NCBI GenBank assembly: GCA_038087875.1
Contig: CM075992.1
Location: 8,000,001-8,064,000, forward strand
DNA length: 64,000 nt
Direction: 5' to 3'
From: Malacoraja senta
Taxonomy: Eukaryota
The notes below the pieces were generated by a model that saw only the letters and a program-made list of their open reading frames with translations, did no database searches and was not told the origin of the DNA. Position numbers and translations under genes: made by a program. Numbering within the stretch: position 1 is the first letter of the stretch; each line of letters opens with the position of its first letter. This document shows positions 1-12,344 of the stretch, in pieces.

Positions 1-4
1 CATT

Positions 5-95
5 GCATTTCAAGCAGAGTGCAGGCCAGCAAATTCAATTTCATAGCATTTCAAGCAGAGTGCAGGCCAGCAAATTCAATTTCATAGCATTTCAA
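5..95. repeat. 41-bp tandem repeat (2.2 copies)
   Basis: Unit GCATTTCAAGCAGAGTGCAGGCCAGCAAATTCAATTTCATA starts at 5 and 46, with a partial third copy at 87. Confidence 0.9.
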
Positions 96-616
96 CCTCC
101 TAACAAATCATTTATTGCTAGTACATTGCAGACTCACAGTTCAGTTGATTCACAGCTTAGAATCACAGTCGTGGACTCTCCCTCGCGATTTTCGAGAGTG
201 ACTGACTCACGTCCAGGCATCCGGGGTTTTATACTCCTGCCCCCCCACGGAAGGGGCGTTACCTTCATCATTGTAATTGACAGGCGAGAGGACCAATCAT
301 CTGATCTCAAAAAAATTGTAAACACTCATAACATTTTGATTTTTCACCGATCTAAAAAATCCTCGTGGCTGCCTCAGCGGAGGAGGACTGTGAGTAAGAT
401 GGCCAAAAATCATAGCGATATCGGGCAGTGCTTTTTCTAAAATCAGTATACAGGGCAGTCAGGAAGTGGTCAAGATTAGACTTTTAGTTCTATAGATAGA
501 TGTTTTATTTTTAATTATCTACTGTTTATTGTGTTGTTACTTGCGAGCACAGCACCAAGGCAAATTCATTGTATGTATACATACTTGACTAATAAAATGT
601 ATTCAATTCAATTCAA

Positions 617-791
617 TTAACCTGCAAACCTGCACGTCTTTGGAGTGTGGGAGGAAACCGGAGCTCCTGGAGAAAACCCACGCAGGTCACGAGGAGAAGA
701 TACAAACTCAGTACAGACAGCACCCGTAGTCAGGATCGAACCTGGGACTCTGGCACTGTGGGGCAGCAACTCTACCACTGCAGCACCGTGC
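617..791 (-). mobile_element. HE1/V-SINE fragment (tRNA head + V-domain)
   Basis: Reverse complement matches the 5' half of the full copy at 34286-34604. Confidence 0.85.
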
Positions 792-1184
792 TCCAAACTA
801 TACTAAAAATACAACTCAGAAAGATCAGTCAGAAAGGAATGGGGCATCAATGAAAAAATCCCATGGGACTCCACTGGTGGCTTGTGTCTAATAGTTCTTG
901 TGTCCTATGGTTGGTAAACTGCTGATGGGAATCAGTTTTTAACTGTGAACATCAAGCTGACTTGGGTTTGAACTTTTAATCCCAACCATTCCGCTGCCTT
1001 CGCTCCAGGCAATGGCATTCCCTTCCCAACCTCTCCGCCTCCCGATCCGCCTTTTCCCCTTTGATGGAAACTTGAGACTTTTGCTGGAGGTTTGTCATCT
1101 TGACATTTCCGTCTGTGCCGGAGTCAAGGATTACTCGGCAACACTCCGCAAAACAGCCTGGGACATTTGACAACATGAGAGCTT

Positions 1185-1625
1185 AGTTTAGTTTGGATAT
1201 ACAGCGCGGAAACAGGCCCTTCGGCCCACCGAGTCCGCGCCGACCAGCGATCCCCGCACACTAACACTATCCTACACCACTAGGAACAATTTACAGGTAG
1301 GTCCGCAGAAGGGTTTCAGCCCGAAACGTTGCCTATTTCCTTCGCTCCATAGATGCTGCTGCACCCGCTGAGTTTCTCCAGCACTTTAGTCTACCTTTGA
1401 TTTTCCAGCATCTGCAGTTCGTTCTTAAACACAAGGGCCAATTTACACATACACCAAGCAAGCCTGTACGTCTTTGGGGTGTGGGAAGGAAATTAAAGAT
1501 CTCGGAGAAAACCCGCGCGGTCACGGGGAGAACGTACAAACTCCGTACAGACAGCGCCCATAGTCGGGATCGAACCTGGGTCTCTGGCGCTGCAAGGCGG
1601 CAACTCTACCGCTGCGCCACCGTGC
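1185..1625 (-). mobile_element. HE1/V-SINE interrupted by a Penelope terminal fragment (~1296-1435)
   Basis: SINE tail at 1185-1295 and head at 1436-1625 are separated by the AGGGTTTCAGCCCGAAACGTTGCC...CAGCATCTGCAG repeat. Confidence 0.8.
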
Positions 1626-2261
1626 AGTGAGAGGTACCACAGAGAGACAAACTTGGACAATACAGCTCACCCCCTCCATGACACACTGGTGAACCTCTCC
1701 ACTCGTCACTTTAATTTCACGTTTCATGTATCTCGTTGTGCTTTTATGATTGTTGGCAGACCAATTTCTCTCCTGGGATAAATAAAGGTTGATCGTATCT
1801 TCTCGTCTCGTATCATTTGCTGTTGTGCCAATTGCCCTCCAGTGTGTTCGCCATAGACTGTCTACTGAGCATTATTCCGTGTGACTCTTGGCTCAGGACT
1901 GGAACATGCAGCTGACTTCCATTAACGATGCTTTCCTTCCCTTCTACAGTATGTCCTACCACCGATGTCCTCTGGTCCTCCATTTACACAGAGGAAGATC
2001 TCGGAGATCTCAGATCACAGAGGTGGAGGACTGAACTTTTTGATGCCTTTCCCCACAGTGGAAAATTGTGATTCTGCTGTGGGGGGACGTTCATGTTGAA
2101 TTCTATAATGTGTTGTGTCATTTTTTCTTTTTTAATTTTTTCTATGGATGTACGGAAACTTAATTATTTCTTTGGTTTCAATGCGCGTTGATTTAAACGT
2201 GCTATATAAATAAAATGTACTTACTTCCTGATTTACTTACACACTCTGGGCAAGAGACTCC

Positions 2262-2648
2262 TTGGAGGAACTCTATTCCCTGCAGCGCAGGAGGATGAGG
2301 GGTGATCTTATAGAGGTGTCCAAAACCATGAGAGGGATAGATCGGGTAGACGCACAGAGTCTCTTGCCCAGAGTAGGGGAATCGAGGACCGGAGGACGCA
2401 GGGTTCAGGTGAAGGGGAAAAGATTTAATAGGATTCTGCGGGGTAGCTTTTCCACACAAAGGGTGGTGGGTGTATGGAACAAGCTGCCAGAGGAGGTAGT
2501 TGAGGCTGGGACTATCCCAACGCTAGACAGGTACATGGATAGGACAGGTCTGGAGGGATATGGGCCAAACGCAGGCAGATGGGACTAGTGTAATTGGCTG
2601 GTGTGGGAAGTTGGGCCAAAAGGCCTGTTTCCACTCTATGACTCTATG
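2262..2648 (+). mobile_element. CR1-clade LINE 3' fragment (HER1-like)
   Basis: ORF LYSLQRRRMRGDLIEV...FSTQRVVGVWNKLP is typical of the CR1 ORF2 C-terminus; CTCTATGA tail repeats. Confidence 0.85.
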
Positions 2649-2785
2649 CGGTGAAAACTGATACCTTCTGACTGAAGCAACAACAGGAAACTGATCTCCC
2701 GCAAATCCCTGCCCATCAGGGAGGTCAAAGTGCACTCACTCCAGTGAGAGGACTATCAGTGCTGAGGAATACCTATAACTAGGAA

Positions 2786-4535
2786 AATGGACAAGGGAGA
2801 GCCAGTGGATGTGGTGTACCTGGACTTTCAGAAAGCATTTGATAAGGTCCCACATAGGAGTTTAGTGGGCAAAATTAGAGCACATGGTATTGGGGGGTAG
2901 AGTGCTGACATGGATAGAAAATTGGTTGGCAGACAGGAAACAAAGAGTAGGGATTAACGGGTCCCTTTCAGAATGGCAGGCAGTGACTAGTGGGGTACCG
3001 CAAGGCTCGGGGCTGGAACCGTAGCTATTTACAATATATATTAATGATTTAGATGAAGGATTAAAAGTAACATCAGCAAATTTGCAGATGACACAAAGCC
3101 GGGTGGCAGTGTGAACTGTGAGGAGGATGCTACGAGAATTCAGGGTGACTTGGACAGGTTGGGGGAGTGGCAGGTGCATGGCAGATGCAGTTTAATGTGG
3201 AGTTCTGGTCTCCTAATCTGAGGAAAGACATTCTTGCCATAGAGGGAGTACAGAGACGGTTCACCAGACTGATTCCTGGGATGGCAGGACTTTCATATGA
3301 AGAAAGACTGGATAGACTCGGCTTGTACTCGCTAGAATTTAGAAGATTGAGGGGGGATCTTATAGAAACTTACAAAATTCTTAAGGGGCTGGACAGGCTA
3401 GATGCAGGAAGATTATTCCTGATGTTGGGGAAGTCCAGAACTAGGGGTCACAGTTTAAGGTTAAGACGGAAGTCTTTAGGACCGAGATGAGAAAATCTTT
3501 TTTTACACAGAGAGTGGTGAATCTGTGGAATTCTCTGCCACAGAAGGTAGTTGAGGCCAGTTCATTGGCTATATTTAAGAGCGAGTTAGATGTGGCCCTT
3601 GTGGCTAAAGGGATCAGGGGGTATGGAGAGAAGGCAGGGATGGGATACTGAGTTGGATGATCAGCCATGATCATATCGAATGGCGGTGCAGACTCGAAGG
3701 GCCGAATGGCCTACTCCAGCACCTATTTTCTATGTTTCTATGTTTCTATAAATGTGAGGTTATCCACTTTGGTGGCAAGAACAGAAAGGCAGATTATTAT
3801 CTCAATGGTGTCAAGTTAGGAAAAGGGGAAGTACAACGGGATCTGGGGGTCCTTGTACATCAGTCACTGAAAGTAAACTTGCAGGTACAGCAGGCAGTGA
3901 AGAAAGCTGATGGCATGTTGGCCTTTATAACAAGATGAGTTGAGTATAGGAGCAAATGGGTCCTTCTGCAGTTGTACAGGGCCCTGGTGAGACCACACCT
4001 GGAGTATTGTGTGCAGTTTTAGTCTCCAAATTTGAGGAAGGACGTTCTTGCTATTGAAGGAGTGCAGCGTAGGTTTACAAAGTTAATTCCCGGGATGGCG
4101 GGACTGTCATACTGTATGTTGAAAGAATGGAACGACTGGGCTTGTATACTCTGGAATTTAGAAGGATGAGCGGGATTCTTATTAAAACATATAAGGTTAT
4201 TAAGGGATTGGACACGCTAGAGGCAGGAAACATGTTCCCGATGTTGGGGGAGTCCAGAACCAGGGGCCACAGTTTAAGAATAAGGGATAGGACATTTAAA
4301 ACAGAGATGAGGAAAACAAATTTCACCCAGAGAGTTGTGAATCTGTGGAATTCACTGGAGGCCGATTCTCTGGATGCTTTCAAGACAGAGTTAGATAGAG
4401 CGGAGTCAAGGGATATGGTGAGAAGGCAGGAACGGGGTACTGATTGTGAATGTTCAGCCATGATCACATTGAATGGCGGTGCTGGCTCGAAGGGCCGAAT
4501 GGCCTACTCCTGCACCTGTTGTCTATGTATCTATG
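2786..4535 (+). mobile_element. CR1 LINE RT fragment with a second CR1 subfamily nested at ~3199-3748
   Basis: Motifs include VDVVYLDFQKAFDKVPH, SKFADDT and LEFRRLRGDLIE. The inner copy ends in TTCTATGT repeats, after which the outer copy resumes (KCEVIHFG). Confidence 0.85.
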
Positions 4536-4743
4536 AGCGTGATCAGTCTGAAGAAGGGTCTCGAGACGAACTTGTGCAGCTGCACATTTGGACGGAGAAA
4601 CTTAATGTGCACGTTGGTGGAGAAACCAAACGGTAGTGGGAACGGGGATGACCAACGGGTGTAGTGGCGTGCATCAGCCTTGGGGTCACCAGCCTTCTGA
4701 GGCATCTACCGGATATACAAGGAACCGTCAACGTACCAATCTA

Positions 4744-4957
4744 CAGGTCCACTTGTGATTGTCCAGCAACCCATGGTCCGGCCCCTCCTTTAACCCGGAC
4801 AAAATTACCGGAGCTGTTGAAACCCCCCCCCCCACCCCCCGAAAATGAGACACCTAGGCCAGGTGAGGTGGCCGATCTCAACCTCATCATTGGTGCATTC
4901 CCCGTACAGATGCCCTTTGTACTCAGATGGACAGACCGTGACAAAGCGCGTGGACCG
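4744..4957. mobile_element. Short non-autonomous DNA transposon (Tc1/mariner-pogo-like MITE)
   Basis: TA|CAGGTCCAC...GTGGACCG|TA termini; internal sequence shared with 27502-27904 and ~28615-28870. Confidence 0.6.
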
Positions 4958-5092
4958 TACCCGTGAAGGGAAGGAGCAGCGGCCGGGGCACCCGGAGAGC
5001 CGCACGCGCATCCGGCGGGGCGGGGCCCGACACCCCCAAACTCCCCACTCAACCAATCAACAACGTGGGCTGCCAGCTCAAACTGTTCATCC

Positions 5093-5098
5093 TTTAAT
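5093..5098 (-). terminator. Candidate polyadenylation signal (ATTAAA) of the LPAR gene
   Basis: ATTAAA on the minus strand ~435 nt after the stop, preceded by a U-rich stretch with TGTA motifs and followed by GT-rich sequence. Confidence 0.5.
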
Positions 5099-5180
5099 AA
5101 AAACTCAATCATTATACACACGATTTTACATAAGTAAAATACAATTCAGTAAAAAACATGATTAGACAGCATCGTGGTCC

Positions 5181-5524
5181 AGGGGGGGGGGTTGGGGGAG
5201 AGAGGGAGGGAGAGAGAGGGGGGAGGGAGGGGGAGGGGAGAGAGGGGAGGAGGATAGAGAGGGGGGAGAGAGGGGAGGAGGATAGAGAGGGGGGGAGAGA
5301 GGGGAGAGGAGAGAGGGGGGGGAGAGAGAGAGGGGGGAGGGGAGAAGGGAGAGGAGAGAGGGGGAGGAAGGATATAGAGGGGGAGGAGAGAAGGGGTGAG
5401 GAGGGGAGAGGGGGAGGAGAGAAGGGGGGAGAGAGGGGAGGAGAGAGAGGGGGGGAGAAGGGGGGGGGGAGAGGGGAGGAGAGGAGAGGGGAGAGGGGGG
5501 GAGGAGAGGGGGGAGGGGGAGGGA
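5181..5524. repeat. G/A-rich low-complexity polypurine tract (probable LPAR 3' UTR, C/T-rich on the sense strand)
   Basis: Almost pure G/A with many G runs. Confidence 0.9.
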
Positions 5525-5533
5525 GTACGGGGG

Positions 5534-5847
5534 TTACGGTGTGGAGTTGCCCCCCTGTGAGGAGTCAGGTGCGGGGGGAGCGGGGGGCACCTCGGTCATG
5601 AGGACGTGGGCACGGTTGGCGCCGGTGGTGAAGGATGAGCGAGGCCGCCAGGGCAGGCACAGCACCTGCTTGAAGGTGTGGCGCATCTCGTTGTCGCGGA
5701 AGGAGTAGATGAGGGGGTTGGACAGCGAGTTCAGCTCGGCCAGCAGCAGGAAGAACTTCTCCAGCGCCAGCACCTCGCAGCTCGAGCAGCCCACCCCGTC
5801 TAGCAGCAAGACCACCAGTCCCGGCGTCCAACACACCACAAACGCAC
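5534..5847 (-). CDS. LPAR2: Lysophosphatidic acid receptor (EDG family, LPAR2-like), last coding exon (TM6-TM7-C-tail)
   Basis: CAG acceptor at 5850-5848, phase-1 junction G|GT in TM6 as in LPAR1-3. Translation GAFVVCWTPGLVVLLLDGVGCSSCEVLALEKFFLLLAELNSLSNPLIYSFRDNEMRHTFKQVLC..., TAA at 5536-5534. The DGxGCxSC loop and EMRxTF favour LPAR2 over LPAR1/3; the paralog call is tentative. Confidence 0.85.
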
Positions 5848-5877
5848 CTGTGGACACAGCAACACGTGAGGCACAGA

Positions 5878-6060
5878 ACTCCCCTCCACACACACTACCC
5901 ACTCCCCCCCACACCATCCTCACACTCCCCACACCCCCCCTACAATCCCTCCCCACCCACACTCCCCCCCACCCACACTCCCCCCCCACCCACACTCCCC
6001 ACCCCCCACACACCCTCCCACAATCCCCACCCCCAACCCCCACACTCCACCCCCCCCACG
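5878..6060. repeat. C/A-rich low-complexity tract in LPAR intron
   Basis: CCCCACACAC-type degenerate repeat. Confidence 0.85.
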
Positions 6061-6159
6061 CAGTTTGGGGCATGGAAAAGCAGGGAGTAAACATTGGATC
6101 TCATGGAACAGAACAGGCTGGAAGGGCCGAACGGTCTGCTCCTGATCCCTGTTCCTCGA

Positions 6160-6905
6160 TACAAAAAGCTGGAGTAACTCAGCGGGGCAGGCAGCATCTC
6201 TGGAGAGAAGGAATGGGTGACGTTTCAGGTCAAGACCCTTCTTCAGATTGAGAGTCGGGGAGAGGGAGTCCAGAGATATGGAAGGGTAAGGTGTGAAAAA
6301 GACAGATCAAAGCAGACGATGGTCCAGGAAATGTAGAATGGTTCATTGTTAGCTGAGAGTAAGGTGACAATGAGGCATACAGCCAATAAAACTAATCAGC
6401 AGAGCAGTGAAACCAGTATGAGAACTAGGAAGGGGGAGGGGAATGAGAGAGAGGGCTACTTGAAGTTAGAGAAGCCAATGTTCGTACCGCTGGGGTGTAA
6501 ACTACCCAAGCAAAATATGAGGTGCTGTTCCTCCAATTTGCGTTGGGCCTCACTGACAATGGAGGAGGCCCAGGACAGAAAGGACAGATTGGGAATGGGA
6601 GGGGGAGTTGAAGTGCTGGGCCACCAGGAGATCAGGTTGGTTAAGGCGGACTAAGCGGAGGCGTTCAGTGAAACGATCGCAGAGTCTGCGCTTGGTCTCG
6701 CCGATGTATGGGAGTCCTCACCTGGAACAGCGGATACAGTAGATGAGGTTGGAGGAGGAGCAAGTGAACCTCTGCCTCACCTGGAAAGGACTGCCAGGGT
6801 CCATGGGAGAGGTATAGGGACAGGTGTTGCATCTCCTGCGGTTGCAGGGGATGGTACCTGGGGAGGGGGTGGTTTGGGTGGGAAGGGATGAGCTGCTGTT
6901 GCCGT
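6160..6905 (-). mobile_element. Penelope-like element 3' fragment (GIY-YIG endonuclease + terminal repeat with hammerhead motif at 6219-6246)
   Basis: Linker CNRRRCNTC and FQVRQRFTCSSSNLIYCIRCSR followed by a degenerate Y-I-G-E-T motif; same structure as 54055-55200. Confidence 0.85.
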
Positions 6906-6931
6906 TGCACAAGCCTCTGTAGACCGGTAGC

Positions 6932-7468
6932 AGGGTGGCGCAGCGGTAGAGTTACTGCCTCACGGTGCCAGAGACCCAGGTTCGATCCCGACTACGGGCG
7001 CTGTCTGTACGGGATTTGTACGTTCTCCCCCGTGACCTGCGTGGGTTTCCTCCGAGATCTTCGCTTTCCTCCCACACTCCAAAGCCGTGCAGNNNNNNNN
7101 NNNNNNNNNNNNNNNNNNNNNNNNNNNNNNNNNNNNNNNNNNNNNNNNNNNNNNNNNNNNNNNNNNNNNNNNNNNNNNNNNNNNNNNNNNNNNNNNNNNN
7201 NNNNNNNNNNNNNNNNNNNNNNNNNNNNNNNNNNNNNNNNNNNNNNNNNNNNNNNNNNNNNNNNNNNNNNNNNNNNNNNNNNNNNNNNNNNNCCACGTGA
7301 GTTTTCTCCAGGTGCTCCGGTTTCCCCCCCACACTCCAAATACGTACAGGTTTGTAGGTGAATTGGCTTCTGTAAATTGTCCCAGTGTGTAATATAGTGC
7401 TGGTGTACAGGTTAATCCCTGGTCTGCACGGTGGCGGTGGGCCAATGGGCCTCGCTCCACACTGTAAA
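6932..7468 (+). mobile_element. HE1/V-SINE sequence on both sides of the assembly gap
   Basis: SINE head and V-domain before the gap; V-domain and tail after it. The V-domain occurs twice, so these are two copies or a join between non-adjacent contigs. Confidence 0.75.
7093..7292. other. Assembly gap (200 N)
   Basis: A run of exactly 200 N suggests a fixed-length scaffolding gap of unknown true size. Confidence 0.98.
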
Positions 7469-7469
7469 G

Positions 7470-10400
7470 CAAAGATCCTATAGCGAGCAAGATAGATCAC
7501 TCGACAAAAAAGACGTAGTACGGTCATGGGCAGATTCATGGGTAATTTCCGGCCCCATTTCCGTAACCGGCTTCCGTCTCCGCACCAAAGATCCCATAGC
7601 GGAGCAAAGATTTTATTTTTTATTTTTTATTTTTATTTATTAGAAGTACATTACATTACAACCAATTATATTAGTACTCATCACGTATATCTTATTACAA
7701 TTAATGTACTCCGTCATTTTTTACACTGATAAAAAGGAAAGGTTGAGTAAGAAAAAAGAGAAAGTGAAGAAAATAGTGAAGGTGTAAAAACGTGACAACA
7801 ACAAAGAACAGAGACCCGGTAGAAAAGAAATGTTTAAAAAAGGATTAAGAGATAGACCCTAAAGAAGAAAAAAAAGAGAAAGAGGAAAAAAGAGAAAAAA
7901 CAAATACTTTGTTATAAGCATCACGCAAATGGGATATACCAACTCTCCAGCTTTCATCCCCCCTTACCTGACCTCAGGTTTTTTTAAAGTACTTTTGCAC
8001 CCTATACTTGTAATAATTCTATAAATGCAGACCACGTCAGGTGGAAGTGATCTGGTTTACCTGCCAGGAGGAGTCTTATCTCTTCTAGGTGTAATGTTTC
8101 AAACATATTTGAAATCCACATGTTTATAGTTGGTATTGGAGCGTTTTTCCAGAATTTTAGGATTAACTTTTTTCCAGTTATTAACTCGAAATCTATTAAT
8201 TTCTTTTGAAACACATTTAGTTCAGAACTATCTTCCGTTGTTCCGAAGATAATCCATTCTGCTTTTGGTATCAGTTTTATTTTTAATAATTTTGCAAAGA
8301 TTTCAAAAATTTCAATCCAAATTTTTTGAATTTTTGTACAAAAAACAAATGAGTGCGCTATAGTAACTTCTTGAGATTGACATTTATCACAAATGGATGA
8401 TACATTGGGGAACATTTTATTAATTTTACTTTTTGAATAATATAATCTATGTAAAATTTTAAATTGTATTAAAGTGTGTCTTAAATTAATCGAACATTTA
8501 TGCACGTTTAATAAATGTTCATTCCACCTTTCCTTTAAGATTTTAATAGCTAATTCTTGTTCCCAGTCTCTTCTAATACCTTCCGTAGATGGTATTTCTA
8601 CATTTAAGATAATATTATACAAATATGATATTAAGTTTGCTGATTCAGCTTTTATCTGCATTGCTTCATCCAATACATCTGCTGGGATATTATGTATATT
8701 TTGTATATTATGGGATCTTTTGTATATTTTTTCAAATAGTCACATATTTGAAAATATTTAAAATATTGATTATTTCCCAGTTTATATTTTATTTCTAATT
8801 GTTGGAATGATAGTAATTTTCAGTTTCATACAAGTCACCGAACATTTTAATTCCTAGTCTATCCCATTGTGTAAAAGATTTGTCTGTAATAGAGGGATTA
8901 AACAAAGGGTTATTAACTATTGGAGATAAAAGTGATAGATTTCTTAATTTTAAATTTTGTTTTATTTGTTTCCAAGTTCTAATTGTACTATGTATAATTG
9001 GGTTTTTGTTATAATTTATGTTATTCAGTTTCATTGGTGAGAGGAAGATCGCTCCAATGTTACCAGAGGAGCAGTCCTCTCTCTCCATTACAATCCAGTC
9101 CACTTGCTGGGCAGAGTTGTCCATCAGTTGGATCATATTTTTAATATTTACTGACCAATAATAATACATGAAGTTAGGGAGTGCTAAGCCCCCTAATATT
9201 TCAGCTTTGTTCAAGTGTGTTCTTCATATTCTATGGGATTTATAATCCCATATAAAATTAATAATGTCTGAGTCCAATTTTTTTTTAAACTTCTTTGGTA
9301 GGTATATAGGAATCGATTGAAATAGGTATAAAATTTGTGGTAAGAAGATCATTTTTATTGCATTTATTCGGCCTATTAAAGACATCGGAAGCGTTTTCCA
9401 AAATGTAATTAATGTATTTAATTTATTAAGTAGATCATAATTTGCTTTGAACATGCCTTGATATGTTCTGGTGATTTCAATACCCAAGTATTTAAATTTT
9501 TCTGTAGCTATTTTAAAAGGGAATTTTAAAAGATGTGTTGAGTCTTTCGGTTTTATTGACATAATTTCACTTTTATTCCAATTTATTCTGTATCCAGAAA
9601 AGGATCCAAAGTCCTCAATTAGATTTAGTATGTTTGGTATAGTAATTTGAGGTTTTGTAATGTACAATAATATATCATCCGCGTATAAAGATATTTTATT
9701 ATTTGAGTATTTAGTATTATACCCATGGATATCTGGATGTGTTCTAATTTTTTCTGCTAAAGGTTCAATTATGAGAGCAAACAACTGTGGTGATAATGAG
9801 CATCCTTGTCTGTTTCCCCTTGATAGTTGAAATTTCGAGGATAATATGTTATTAGTTAGTATTCTAGCTGTAGGTTTATTATATAATAATTTAATCCATA
9901 AAATAGAATTCTCTCCCAGTTGGAATTTTTGTAATACTTTATCCATATAATTCCATTCTACTTGGTCAAATACTTTTTCAGCGTCCAGCGAAATAATTGA
10001 TAATTCTTGTTCTTCAATTTTGTGTGAGTGCATTATATTGAGTAAACGTCTCATATTATTAGATGATTATCTCTTAGGAATAAACCCCGTCTGATCTGGG
10101 TTTATTAATTTACTAATATATTTACTTAATCTTCTAGCTAATGTTTTCGCTAATATTTTTTGATCTGTATTTAACAATGCTATAGCTCTATATGAACCCG
10201 GTTCTTCTATATCTTTGTCTTTTTTAAGTATTAGTGTGATCGTTGATTCAGCTAATGTATCAGGGAATATTTGTTTTTTTAAAGCATATTGATACATTTT
10301 TTGTAACCGTGGTATAATTTTGTCATAAAAGCTTTTATAAAATTCATTAGTAAATCCATCAGGACCTGGAGATTTTCCATTCTTTAATGAATTTATTGTG

Positions 10401-12038
10401 TCTTCTAATTCCTTGATTGAAATTTGTGCACCCAATTCCTCTTGTTCCTTCAACTCTAACTTTGGAAGATTACAATTATCCAAGAACTCTGTAATTTTAT
10501 TGGAGTCTGTTATCATTTTAGATGTGTACAAATTCTCATAAAATTGCGCAAATCTTTTATTAATATTCTTCGGTATGGTTAGTAATTCCCCTCTATCTGA
10601 TTTAATCTTTTGGATCGTATGTTCTTTTTCTCGTTTTTTTAGCTGACGAGCCAAAAGTTTATGCGGTTTATCCCCAAATTCAAAGTGTTCCTGTTTTGTA
10701 ATTTGGAAAAGTCTTATAAGTTTGGCTGATAATAGTTTATTTAATTTAAATTTCAAAATTATTATTTTATTATGTTTATCTATTGATGGATCTTTAGCAT
10801 TATTTATATCCATTTGTCTAATAAGTTCTTCTAACTGTCTTTGTTCATTCTTATTCTTTTTATTTTGAAAGCTTGATATGAGATTATAACACCTCTAATA
10901 AATGCTTTAAAAGATTCCCATAGTAAAGTAGGCGATATATCTGGAGTGTCATTTATTTCAAAAAAGACGTCCATTTGTTCTTTTAAATATATACTCGCTT
11001 GCGGATCTTTTAGGATTTGAGATTGAATCTCCAAAACGATTTATTCTTAGACATTCCTTCCAGTTTAAAAAAGAAAGTTAGTGGTGAATGGTCTGAAATC
11101 GAATTTGTATGATATGCTGGGTTCACAGTGTGAGGGATTAATTTTGTATCCACCAGGAAATAATCTATACGTGAGTATGTTTTGTGTACCATTGAATAAA
11201 ACGAGTATTCCCTGCCAGTCGGATTAGCAATTCTCCAAACATCTGTTATATTGGTATTATTTATATAAGTAATTAAAAGTTCACTAGTTTTAGATTTCGT
11301 ATTCCCTCTCTGCTTTTGGCTTGATTTGTCTAAATACGGATCTAAAACACAGTTAAAGTCTCCTCCTATTATAACATTTTGATAATTAAACTCTGCGATT
11401 ATGTTCAGAATTTTATTGAAAAAATGAGGATTGTCAAAGTTAGGCGAGTATATATTTACCAAGGTAATTGGAGTATTATGAATTTCTCCGGTAACTATCA
11501 AATATCTCCCTTCAATGTCTGTTATGGTATTCTTTGCTTTGAATGGTACCCCTTTTCTAATAATGATTGACATACCTCTAGATTTCGAAGTATATGAAGA
11601 ATGATATATTTGACCTATCCATTTCGCCCTCAACCTAGCTTGATCCTGGGATTTTAGCTGAGTTTCTTGTAAGAAAATGATGTCAGAATTGTACAGTTTC
11701 AGCTGAGCTAATATCTTACCCCTTTTAATAGGTTCATTAATACCTCTTATATTCCAACTGCAGAATGAGACAAGCGGAGCAAAGATACTAGTGCGGAGAC
11801 GGAAGCCGGTTACGGAAACATCCTCGTAAAAATAAAAGTTCTTTGGTAAAAATCTTCTCCTCATTTTCAGAATTTTAATTTATCAACACAAACTGTTCCC
11901 CCGCAGCGTTGATTACACTGCGAGTCGGGTCGGGTTACTGAAATGGATGAAAAAAAGGCCCACGTTCCGCTCCGTTGCGTACTACACGTCAGCCCATTGC
12001 ATTTAGCAGGAGTGGTCTCTCTTGCTATAGAATCTTTG
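7470..12038. mobile_element. Non-autonomous DNA transposon with internal hairpin, split by L1 (parts 7470-7611 and 11773-12038)
   Basis: TIR CAAAGAT(C/T)CTATAGC at both ends; flanks CTGTAAAG/CTGTAAAC; internal inverted repeat TTTCCGTAACCGGCTTCCGTCTCCGCAC / GTGCGGAGACGGAAGCCGGTTACGGAAA. Confidence 0.75.
7612..11772 (-). mobile_element. 5'-truncated L1-clade LINE; ORF2 (APE endonuclease, RT, C-terminal domain) broken into six ORFs
   Basis: SWNIRG, LQET, GGDFN, SRIDY, SDH (EN); KSPGPDG, RQGCSLSP, YADD (RT); Cys/His C-terminus. A-rich tail at 7612-7641; perfect 14-bp TSD AGCGGAGCAAAGAT at 7598-7611 and 11773-11786. Confidence 0.93.
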
Positions 12039-12344
12039 CTGTAAACTTTAAAGAGAGATCTCTGGTCAGTGCAGACTCTGTGGGCTGAAGGTCCTGTTTT
12101 TGTGCTGTACCTTCCAGGGAATGCAAGTTGAAGTTTACTATGAAGAAAGATTATGATCATTAATATAAACCAGTTTATTGGTTTAACAATGTCTCACCGC
12201 ACAAGAATTCTTTTCAACCCACTGTGACTGCTTGAAAAAACATTAGCGTTTACAGGAGGTGGAATGGGCCGAGCCCAGACAGGGTACAACCAGGTTACAA
12301 CTGGAGTCAGTGCCAGCTCACACTGGACAAGGTCAGAATAGGGT

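Noticed and set aside
5158..6251. Long Gly/Arg- and Pro/His/Thr-rich ORFs around the LPAR exon
   Set aside because: Low-complexity tracts and the antisense shadow of the real exon.
11773..11864. ATG-initiated N-terminal extension of the L1 endonuclease ORF
   Set aside because: It comes from the TSD and host DNA element; an accidental in-frame fusion, and the downstream ORF2 is disrupted.
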